Assembly: GCA_905178155.1 (NCBI GenBank)
Contig: CAJINV010000012.1
Span: 62,001 to 126,000 of the forward strand
Source: Amoebophrya sp. A120
Lineage: Eukaryota; Protista; Dinoflagellata
Reading direction: 5' to 3'
DNA length: 64,000 nt
Shown here: positions 48,956-59,700 of the stretch, one piece after another
Numbering within the stretch: position 1 is the stretch's first letter
How the letters are laid out: every line of letters starts with the position of its first letter
Position numbers and translations under genes: made by a program
The notes under the pieces: generated by a model
Database searches by the model: none
Told to the model about the DNA's origin: nothing
The model's input: only the letters and a program-made list of their open reading frames with translations

Positions 48956-49173
48956 CTAAAAGTTTCATTTTTTTTCAGCTAGCAGACCACAGAACCGGAT
49001 CCAAATTAGTAAACACCAAAGGTAGTACACTAGTAACACTTCTAAGGCTAGAAGAGGCTGAGTATCTATAATAGAACAAATATAAATTACGAAGAGGGCC
49101 ACACGGCTCCTTGTGCAGCAGTCCTCCTTCCACATGAGGAAGCACATTTCTTTACTCTCGAGGCTTCGGAAAC

Positions 49174-49406
49174 TATGAATTTGAATGTGCACAACCCCCC
49201 CTCACCCTCATTTGTCATGCAAAATGCGGAATCGAGGCTGTGCCGCTTCGCACTGTTTGCATGACAAGTTCTGGCAGCGGCAGCCCAAATAGCTGCACTA
49301 CAATCCTGTACAAATTTGTCATGCAAAACTGGCATTCTCGCTGGCGCTTGTACTATTGCCGTTCATGCTATACAAGCTAGGGCGAGGGGAGTTGTGCACT
49401 ACCATA
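49174..49406. mobile_element. Introner family G (downstream of the predicted stop)
   Basis: TIRs; DR gaaac/ggaac. Confidence 0.82.
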
Positions 49407-49458
49407 GGAACTCCGGTTGAATAGCCGGCAAGCCGTCCGCGCCGGCGCGCGGACGCAT

Positions 49459-51756
49459 TCACCTACGAGGCGGGGATCCGGGTCGACCCGTCGAGCGGGG
49501 CAATGCCGATGCCAGCCGCGCCGACGGACGATACTGCAATAATGGTTCTTCATCACTGCGAGGGAAACTGCTATCCCCGCGAGGGAAACTGCTATCCGCC
49601 CCACCAACATCCCCGCGAGGGAAACGAGTTGCGCCAGATGGAGAGGGCTCCTGCTGACCCCGACGACCCTCCGAAGGACAGCGAGCAGCCGGCGCAGCGG
49701 AGCGAGCAGAGTGACCCCTACCAACATGCGGAGTCCGTCGAGCCGAGGCCTCCAGCGACTTGGTTGCGTAGGAAGTTATCATAGAAGCAGTCATGGACGA
49801 CTTGAGCTGGAAGTAGTCCTCGATGGACATCTTTCTTACAATGAAAAATGCCCCCACGGCCCCGGAATTATGATGTAGATGTGCAGAGCTTTCTCATGCA
49901 TAAGGTTATTTCCAAATGAAGGACTTTTACTTTTTATCTAGTATGCATGAAAGGACTACTAGAAGCCTTTCTGATGCAGAGAATGTACTAGGTGCGGTGC
50001 GCAAGGTATAACCTTTTGCATAACAGATCCGACAACTGCTGTTGGGCTCCTTTGCAACACAAATCTGAGCTATTCAGCATGGAAAACCTGTGATGCCGGA
50101 ACTATACGGGGTATGTTTCTATGTATTGGAAAGGTTTGCAATGCAAACGCTGCCAAGCTCTGGGGTGGGGGCGTTTTTCATTGTAATAATGTCCCGATAA
50201 TCCCCATAATTGAGTTCACGAAAATCAGCGAGAAATGTGTCACTAAGCCAGTGTGTCCGCCATGGGTTATTTTTCCCGGAACTTATCCAGTGCCAATATG
50301 TCTGGGTCTGGAAACTTGTGATGCTAAAATGTGCATCATCATCATCATGTAGTGGACACCCGCTCCCAGCGCCACAGGTCAAGGATCCCCTCCCCGGGGG
50401 GTGGGCGAGGAAGCACTTTCGGCGACCTCATCATACAAAAGCCGAGCGCTACCACGGCAAGTCGCCCCAATAAAAGTACGAACCAGTCGGGAGCTACCCA
50501 CCACACCTGATCAGTACAGCCCGGCCAGCTAGCCGAGCGCGACAGCCCAACATACAGAACGATCCAGGACCCGACCCATTTTACCTGCATGATGAAAACA
50601 CTTCCGAATGCAGACCAGCATGACAACTTTTCGGAGCACTCTCTCATAGGCAGCCCACATGTCATGAGAAACTGCGTTTTTGCATGACAAAAATGGCTGC
50701 GGCTTTTGTCGGTTATGCAATACAGATTGAGATTTCCCAGGAATGTAGGGCTAGCATTACACGTCGCAACTTTCCAGACCCAGACATATTTGCATTTGAT
50801 AGAACGAGCTGCAACCCATCTGAGGCCATCCTGACGAAAAATCCCCCTCGGGGATTCGGTAGCGAAGCCGCCAACCGTGAACTGCAACTGCTCGTGCTCC
50901 TGGTAGTGGCGCCCGCCGTTGATTACCATCGTATGCAGTGCAGATATGTCTGGGCCTTGAAGAAGGATTCGAAATAGTGGCGCGAGTTGCGGATGATCAT
51001 ACAAACGGCTGCGCTGCATGACTGGCAAAAGGTGCTCACTTCTGGCCATGCTGAGAGTCGTATAATATATATTTCTCGTGCAGAACAATAGGGGGCATCA
51101 CGAAGGGACTGCAGAACCTGTGATGCTAGGCCCCGCATTCGTCTAGACCTCAGGGCCAGGGACCTTGGAAAAACTGCGTGGCAAATAATCTCGGAATCTT
51201 CCAGACCCAGACACATGTGCAGTTGATACACGGCAGCAAGAAACAGTTTGTGCGCACGAGTCAAAAACGCAGGTGACCAGGAGGGTTCGAGCGGCATGGG
51301 TCCGGACTTGTACTCCAATGTAATGCCAAAAGCAGGACGCTGGGAAATGGTCCAGTAACCGTCGGGCGTCTGGCTGTCCTTATAGATGAACAGGCGATTG
51401 AGAGCAAAAAAGTAAAGCCAGGGTGTTTGATGATTTTTTGCCCAAGAGAGCAGGTCCTCCACCTGGTCTACCGCCAGCTGCGGGCTTGTATCAGGAGTTG
51501 CGCCGTACACCTGATAAGCATATTCAGCTACACGCGGGGGTCCTGACGCCCGCGCACGTTCTACAAGTTTGTCCCGAGCAAGTTCTACAAGTTTGTCCAC
51601 GAGTCCACGATAATCGGCTAGCTCTGGCGAGCCGGCGACGACCGAGTGATGTGGACCGGCCTTAGGGTTGCCAAATAACGACCCCAACGATGCGCTGACC
51701 ACTGCTACCGTCGACAAATGACAAACGAGAGACATCACAAAAAAACGCGCCGGCAT
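49459..51756 (-). CDS. Hypothetical secreted protein, ~370 aa, 4 exons
   Basis: Exons 51756-51229,50926-50802,50278-50189,49828-49459 are in frame; signal-like N-terminus; 3' end uncertain. Confidence 0.6.
49834..50188. mobile_element. Introner family H
   Basis: TIRs; DR atctt/atgtc; frame restored. Confidence 0.8.
50284..50801. mobile_element. Introner family D carrying a LINE 3' fragment
   Basis: TIRs; DR gaact/gaacg; matches uninterrupted copy 59164-59416. Confidence 0.9.
50337..50585 (-). mobile_element. 5'-truncated copy of the LINE (3' UTR end + (ATG)n tail)
   Basis: Near-identical to 26856-27106; TSD tgcat at 50332-50336 and 50586-50590. Confidence 0.92.
50932..51228. mobile_element. 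Introner family D (diverged interior)
   Basis: TIRs; DR catcg/cacgg. Confidence 0.82.
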
Positions 51757-52054
51757 TTTTCTTGATGTAGTGATGCCCTTGATGCGCGAGATGATTGAGA
51801 TAAATGAGATATAATCGAAAAGCTATATAACTTCTACTACTTGGGGGAGCTGCGACTGATCTATATACTCAACAATTGTCAATAGCCTTGGAGGCGATTT
51901 CGTGGTAGTGGATGTGCTGACTTGGCAACTTTGTTCGTAATTTGATGCTTTTGTAGTGGTAGTGCTGTAATTTGATGCTTTTGGTAGCAACGACGGAAAA
52001 GCTCCTGTTGTTCTTCTTGAAAAGGAGAAAAAACTAGAGTTGTTGCTGATGCGC

Positions 52055-52710
52055 TGCACTTGATCTGAGTAGAGGGGAAGGTCTAAAATCTGAGGCGGTT
52101 GTGATCTTTATGGTGCAACTGTGTTGAGCGTTTGAAGATAGATGATCGTCGTGATTGATTGACTCGTGGTGCGCCCCGGGTCAGACGAGATGCTAGAGCG
52201 TAAAACCGAACGATGCTTAAACAAACGCTACAGGTACGGCTGCAGGCCACGTGATCATGATTTGTTATGTTCGAAGTAGTAGCAGTAGCTCTTCAGGATC
52301 CGTTTTCATTGTGATAAATTTAACAGGGACAGAAGTATTTCAAGATTTGTACTTGTCAGCTCCACCACGACCTCACGTTTATAACATTATCTTTTATACC
52401 GACTCGAGGTTATTGATGTTGAAGACGTATTCATTCTGATCCCGAAAGATTGCTGTTCGTCTTGATCCGTGAATTTTCTCAAAACCACTCACCGATGTCT
52501 TGTTATCTAGAAAGGGTTGCGGCCATTGTCTCTCGCAGTAATCTTCACAGCGACCACCTCAACCGATTCACGTTTTCATTTGCTGAGCCATGACTGAGAT
52601 TTGGAATGGAAAAGTCCACGACGGGGACCTGGAGCATGATCTTCATTTAGTTTATCTCTGAGACAAGAACGACCGCCGCGAACAGGAATACTATTACCAT
52701 TCAAGTCGAT
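52055..52710. repeat. Upstream region paralogous to ~38665-39345
   Basis: Shared blocks such as tctgagtagagggga, gtgatcatgatttgtt, ctagaaagggttgcggccattgtctctcgca. Confidence 0.8.
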
Positions 52711-53346
52711 AAACAACTTTGCTGAATACAATACGCACGATCAGCAGGGGGAAAAATGATCAAGGAGCATCGATGAATCGGCACAAATTGTTTTCGTACT
52801 TGCGTAAAAATCTTCATGCGGAGTAGACATAGATGATCGACGACTGCAGACGTTGCGGGGGAAGTTGTGCGAGTGGAAAGTGCTTAATGCCTCCCGCCAC
52901 GACAGCGAGCACCTTCTTGTTTGCCGCGGCATTTATTGTCCGCCCTCACGATCATCTTCACGCACCAACCGCCGTTGTGACGCTGTTGGTTGCACCAGCT
53001 ACATGCGCCGCCGTCTCGCCGTCGCCAGATTTGAGATGGTCCTTGGTACCTGCGGCCGCAGTGGTCGTCGTGCTTGCGGCTGTATGGAATGCAGAAGCCT
53101 GCTCGCACATTATATTCATCTTGCATGATATCGACACGACGCTGGATGCAGTTGTACTTATTAGCTGGCACCTACACTTAGGAGCAGGAGCTTTGGTATG
53201 CGTATACGAAAGCAGGAAGATCTACTTCACCATATTGATTTCATAATTCATTTATCATGATGCATTTTATTCTTTTTCATCACATCATGCAGCAGCCCTC
53301 CTTCCTCCTTCTGCAAAAGTTTATTGCTGCACATCAACATCGTCTT

Positions 53347-56057
53347 CTAGACCTGCGCGAAGATGCCTCTGCATGCGGACGGATAAGAGGACGACCCCTT
53401 CTGTATTCGCACCCCGTTCTGGTATTTCACAGCCACCTCCTGTCCTGGCTTGCCCTCTATTCCATCGCCGTCTTGCTGGCCCCGCGCCCACGTCCCGTCA
53501 TACACATGCCCGTCGGGCCTGCAGTTTGTAAAACGGACCAGGAAGTACTTAGCGTTACAATTCTGAGATCAAAGCACACTGCTTGTCGTGGTTCCAAAAC
53601 GAAAAATGCCCGTAATGAACCCTCTAAAAATGAAAATGAAGAGCACACGACCACGCATATTAGAGTGAATATGAGGACGACGCCGGCCCTCGTTCCTCGC
53701 ACTACTTACCTTGTGATCATAGGTTAGTACTACACGACGCATGATGAAACTGCAAAAAGTAAAGGCTGTATTATACCATCGCATCTTGCCGCGCCCATGT
53801 CGGTGGTTCTCCAGGAAGTTGCCCTCGTTCGATATGCGAGCAAAACTCATCTTGTTTAACTCGAATGCCCCAATCATGAACTTGTGTTGCACATATCGCT
53901 TCATGTTGGTGATCATACTCGTGGTGCCACTACCACACGGTAGAAGGTAGCAGTAGCTTCTTTCCTAACATAGGTATCACCAAATACGCTTGTTCCGCAT
54001 GACAAACATACATTTTATTTATTCAATTTTCATAGGAAGAAACTCGTCCGTTTTGCTTCATTTCGCTCACGTACATGCTCGCCCGTCATTCCACGTCTGC
54101 TATGAACTGCAAAAGTATCGTACTAGTAGTAACCAGCCATGCTCCGGCTGCCGCCGGAGCGCAAGGCTGTTGGGCCGGGGCAAGGCTGTTTGCCGCTCGG
54201 ACCACAACCCCACGGGCCTAGTAGGCACAACGAAACGCACTGGATTCCTGCCGTCGATTTGCGCCGCGCCAAGCCGCAGGACCACTTGCGCGCCTCCCGC
54301 GCCTGTGGGCGCTCTGCGCAGGGAGCAGCTGCAAAAAACGCCGGGGGCGAACAGAAGCCGCATGGCGGGAGAGGGTGGCGCGGGAGGGTGGCGCGAGAGG
54401 GGTGCGCGAGAGGGTGGCGCGAGAGGGTGGCGCGAGAGGGTGCGCGAGAGGGTGGCACGGAAAGGCGCCGAACAAAACAAGTCCGCGAATGGCCTGCAGT
54501 GCGAAATATGGGCACTACCATGCGGATTCGCGCCCGCTTCTTTGTGCTTTTGCCCTCTCGCAGACCTCTCGCAGACCCTCTTTTTGGCCTCTTTTGGGGG
54601 TCCCCGCTAATAATCCGGCTATACTCGCGGGTAGAGGTCGACAGAGGTGGCCGAGAGGTGGCCAAGAGGGTCCGCGAGAGGTCGCCCCTTATTCGCAGCA
54701 CCTCTCTCCACCTCTGTCGACCTCTCGCGCCCCCTCTTTTTGACCTCTCTGCGCCCTCTGTGCCACTTAGGCGGCGCCTAAGGGTGGGCGCTTACTGCGG
54801 GCCTTATTCGCGCACCCTCTCGCGGACCCTCTCGAACGGGGTCCCGCGCCACCTCTCCACCTCTGTCGACCTCTTTTCTACCTCTGTCGACCTCTTTTTT
54901 ACCTCTCGGCCACCTCTCTGAGACCCTCTGTCTACCTCTTTTTTCGCATGAATATAATGTATAGTGATTGCAATACAAATTAGCTCAGCATGACAAATGG
55001 AATTTGTCATGCTGTTTTACCTTGAGAACGAGCTTTGTAATGCATAAATGCAATTACTACGAGTACGATACTTTTGCACAGGATATCTGCTTCCCCACGC
55101 CGATTTCTCCAGGGAAAAAATCACTTTTTGTGAGCAAAAACAATAAGATGCATATTCGTTTTTTTGTATGTGCGCCGAGGAAGCTCTTCTATGATGATAG
55201 AGGACATGCTGGCTCGAATATCGTGCATGACAAACAAACGGCTCAATGTAGAAGTGCTTGATGTAAAGTTATTTTTTGCCTCTGGATAGATGCTGCATGG
55301 AGTTGAAGAATGTGCCGTCGTACGTTGATTTCAGGCTCTTGTAGACACCTATAGTATAATTATGTTGTTGTTGGCTTTGTTTGCAGGTACACATCATTTC
55401 ATGATCATGTGCTGAAGCAGCGCAGCTAGCAGTTTCATTTTCATCATCACCAGCATCAACAAGTTCGCGCTTCAAAAAAGTAAGTACTTCACGCCGCTCT
55501 ACTGCACCAGCTGGCCTTCTTCAAGCATGACACAAGCATTTATTTCCAGCTTTCAGCTATACCTCTCCCTTGTATGATGTCGTTTTGGAAGTCGCCCTCG
55601 TATTGGCTTCCGTCCTCCCAAACGTACTGACCCCTCCCGTGCTTCATGCCGTTGACATACTCGCCCACGTAGACAGATTTATCCTCGAACCACACTTCGC
55701 GGCCTTACTACAGTGAAAAATGCCCCCACCCCCAAAGTTGCAAAAAATTATTGTGATGCGAAGTTTCCAAATGAAAACCTTTTGCCATGCATGAAAGGAG
55801 TATGAATCTTTCTGATGCAGAGTCTAGGCGTGTATCGCATCGTTTGCATGACAAGTGCCACTCTTGCTGGGGTCTTTTGCAATACAAATTTTTGCTATTC
55901 ACGATTAGAAACCTGTGATGCTGATAGATGCAAGAGGGCAGATGTTTCATTTGGAAAGGTTTGCAATACAAATGCTCCCAAGTTCGGGGGTGGGGGCATT
56001 TTTCATTGTAATAGGCCTCTCCCATGCTTCTTGTCCTGCATCCACTGTCCTTCATAC
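53347..56057 (-). CDS. MORN-repeat protein (5' end not determined)
   Basis: Spliced YEGQWMQDKKHGRGREVW..YVGEYVNGMKHGRGQYVWEDGSQYEGDFQNDIIQGRGVY..YDGTFFNSMQHGVGKQTWNDGRAYEGNFLENHRHGRGKMRWPDGHVYDGTWARGQQDGDG; 4 introners + 2 canonical introns. Confidence 0.85.
53519..53776 (-). other. Canonical GT-AG intron
   Basis: GTATAA...CTGCAG; gives RWPDGHVY. Confidence 0.78.
53833..54073. mobile_element. Degenerate introner
   Basis: TIR tatgcgagcaaaa / rc tacgtgagcgaaa; DR eroded (ttcga/catgc); MORN frame restored. Confidence 0.72.
54101..55085. mobile_element. Introner family C expanded by a ~830-bp GC-rich insert
   Basis: TIRs; DR tctgc; insert ~54131-54962. Confidence 0.87.
55106..55288. mobile_element. 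Degenerate introner
   Basis: TIR tctccagggaaaaaatcacttt / rc tatccagaggcaaaaaataacttt; MORN frame restored. Confidence 0.7.
55349..55562 (-). other. Canonical GT-AG intron
   Basis: GTATAG...CTATAG; gives QGRGVYK. Confidence 0.78.
55706..56013. mobile_element. Introner family H
   Basis: TIRs; DR ggcct. Confidence 0.9.
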
Positions 56058-56793
56058 CTGGAGGTCGAGTTCGTGTGGGGCGTATTTTTTATACATTTAT
56101 TTTCATATGCATAAGCGTAGGCGTTGCTTTTGGTTTTGCTACAGCTACTTGCGAAGCTGCATAATCTACTCTTGTTTCGGAAAACAGCTTGTATTTTTCT
56201 AATATTGTGATTTCACACCGACGACGAGCAAGCTGATGGAATCGTCCGTGTCCACCCCGCCGCGGCAAAAACTTCTACGAAGAACTTGTTCATCTTGTAG
56301 TTGGTTCGACTTGCCAACCGCACCAGTTCTTGCTGGGTTCTTTCTCGGCGGGCGCCGGCTTGCTGGTCCTGCTCTCCTTCGTTTCTCGTTGCTCTTGCTC
56401 CGCCTGCTGTCGGATCATGTAGTAGTTCCGATGCCGTTACGGCAACGGCTGCTCTCTACCGAGAATAGTGATCAGCTTTCCTACCGCGAAACAACCGTAC
56501 GCGTACTAGGTCCGGGGGGCTACGAAATAAACAGGTTCTTGGACGTGCTTTGGTGTGATGCAGAAGCGACAGTGTCGTGGCTCGTCAAATAAGGAACTTG
56601 ACCCGCTTGATGTTCCTCGTGCTGTGCTTTGCTTTGGTCTTTACTTCCACAATTTTTTTGTTCAAGAAGGCTGCTGCACCGATAACCGATAACCGCAGAT
56701 CAGGATGAGGTACTAGAGCAGGTTCAGCTCAAGAATAGAGATGTTCATCCGGGAAGGACGTCGTCGGCTTGGGATCAACATCTTCTGGCACAA

Positions 56794-59700
56794 CTAGACT
56801 TTCACCAAAGCTAAGTAACCGCCCTTCCTCAGGTACTCTTCTTGCTTTGCGGCGGGGGTTTGCTTTTGCTTCTCCCGTTCCAGCCAGGGGCTGCTAAACT
56901 CCAAATCGACCGCCCAACTCATCAGCAACCGGGCCCATCTATGAAGGCGTCAGGATCGAAATCAACAAAGTCGAAAAAATCAGGAAGGCAGATCATAGTC
57001 CTGAAAAGGGTTGCGAGTTGGGCTGCTGACTAGCATGACATAAGGGAGCCGAGCTCTTTGGCCCTAAACTACCGCATGACAGATTCGCTTCGAGAACGGG
57101 GAAAGTCTACAAGAACTGTCCCGCGCCGACTACAAACTGCAGGTCTAACTGGCATCGATTTTGTGCATCACATTTTTTTCGATTTTGTCGATTTCGAACC
57201 TGACACCCCCATACCACCCGCTGCGTCCGTAGTCTCGGCCGGCGTTGAAGTAAACCGTGTCGGAAGTCGTCTCTTCCAGCCATCCGCAACTGTCGATGCA
57301 CGCCGGCCCGAGAAAAAATTTCCCGAATTTTTTCGTGTGGCAGTGGATCAGCGCCATCGTTTGGACGTCCGCGAAGGGGTTCAGCGCATCGCCGTACCGT
57401 CCCAACCCCGCGTGCTCGATGGAGGAGTAGGAAAACCACATGTCATATCCACTGCAAAAAGCATCGCACTCTTAGTAATTGCATTTATACATTACAAATT
57501 TCTTTCTCAAGACAAATCAGCATTACAAATAATTCAATTTGTAATGCTGGGCTAATTTGTAATGCAGTTTATACTAGTGCGATGCTTTTGCAGTTCATAT
57601 GTCAAAATCGAAAGACACATCGCTCGTCAGTAGCTCGTGGAAAAACAAAAACCGCCATCGCTTGTGGGGGTATCGGGGTTGTATCGACGTGCTTTTCTTC
57701 TCGTCGAAGACTCCGTCTAGCTCGTCCGGATGCCCCTCCACGGGTGGTTATGCATTACAAAAGCATCATTACTAGTAGTAGAAATCGCATTACAAATAAT
57801 TCGGTCAGCATGTTGACACATGGAATTTTTTGTCATGCTGTTTTACGTTGGGGTAGAGATAATTTGTAATGCATGACTGCGATTATAATTGCTACGAGAA
57901 GTGCGATACAATTTTTGCACAGGATAGTGGTTTATCCTGTGCAAAAGTATCGCACTCGTACAAATGCTAATGCAAGTCTTGCATTACAAATCTTGTTTCC
58001 ACGGCAAATCTGCATTACAAATTTTATTTCTCATGCTGAGGAAATTTGTAATGCATTTATACGAATACGATACTTTTGCACAGGATAGTGGTTTCCGGTA
58101 GTCAACCGTGGTTACGATCGCGGTGGGGAAGCTATCACATGCAAAAGTGTCTGGGTCTGGAGTGTTGCCGAGTTTGTCATGCATACTTTGCATGACCCAG
58201 GATGTCTGTAATGCACGCCCTAGCATCACAGATTTTTAGATGGCTTCCTGATGCCTACTCCGCATGACAAATGCTCTCCCGCCCGCGTAGCACCAACTAG
58301 ACTCCTCTTGCTGGTCATGCAATACAGATTTTTTTAGAGTCCAAGGTTAGCATCACAAGTTCCAACCTTCCAGACCCAGACATTATTGCATTTGATAGAA
58401 GCGGTACAGCAGCAAAATCTCCATCCAGGGCTGCTCACTGCCCAGAACCGCGATTTTCAAATTAATTTCCTGCTGGCCCAGCAACACCGTTTTGTCGTTC
58501 TCGTTGTGCCAGGTCTATCAAAATGAGAAATCCCCCCGCCCCATATCAAAACGGAAATTTGTGATGCTGCTTCGTGGCCACAAATCAGCTTTGTATTGCA
58601 GAGAGGAATGGCGGCCAGATCCCCAGGCTAGGTAGGGGCTTATGTGTCTAGTTGTTCAGCATGGCAAACGGCTCCCCTTTAGGCCTAACAGCATGACAAA
58701 CCGCCTCCATAATGGGGCGAAAGCTTCTGCCCTTGTCTTCTTGCAAAACAGATGTGATTTGTGACCTCAAATCCGCAACACAAATTTTTGGACACATACC
58801 TTTTCAATGTGGGGAGGGGGGATTTTTCCTCTCAGTAAGGTCTTGTTCGAATTCGCGAAAAACGTATCGCGGTTCCGCATGATCGCCGCGTCAAGAATGA
58901 AGACCGTGTCGTCTTGGTAACTGGAAACGGTTTCGTTTACGAAATGGAGATATGCATTGCAGACGTATCGCGCTAGTATAAATTGCATTACAAATCGACT
59001 TACCATTACAAATTGAATTTCTATTGCGGATTTGCCTTCAGAAAAATATTTGTAAATGCATAAACGCAATTAAAACGAGTGCGATACTTTTGCACTGCAT
59101 AGGAGAAACACCAAATCGCTGTCCGTCCAGAGATTCAGTGCGTAGTCGCGCTTGAGCGCTCTCTATGAGATGCAAATGTGTCTGGGTCTGGAAACTTGTG
59201 ATGCTAAAATGTGCACGATGAAAACGCTTCCGAATGCAGTCCGGCTTGACAACTTCCCAAAACGCTTTCTGATATGCAATCCGCATGAGAAACTGTGTTT
59301 TTGCATGACAAAAGAGGCTGCGACTTTTGTTGGTTATGCAATGCAGATTTTCTAGGTATGGAAAGCTAGCATTACAAGCTCCAACCTTCCAGACCCAGAC
59401 ATTTTTGCAATGCATACTCTCTTTTCCAAGATGTTGCGGTAAAGTTTCTGCTTGGTCTCCAGCGCAATCCGTCGGTTTTCCGACAACCCAGCGTGTCATG
59501 AATTGCAAAAGTATCGTTATCGTATTCCTATTCGGATAAATGCATTACAAATTTCCTCAGCACGAGAAATGAAATTTGTAATGCTGATTTACCTTAAGAG
59601 ATGAATGAGAAAGATTCGTAATGCATGACTGCAATACGAGTGCGATACTTTTGCACAGGATACGTGTTGCATCCACCCGAAAGGATTGCGGAGCAGCAGT

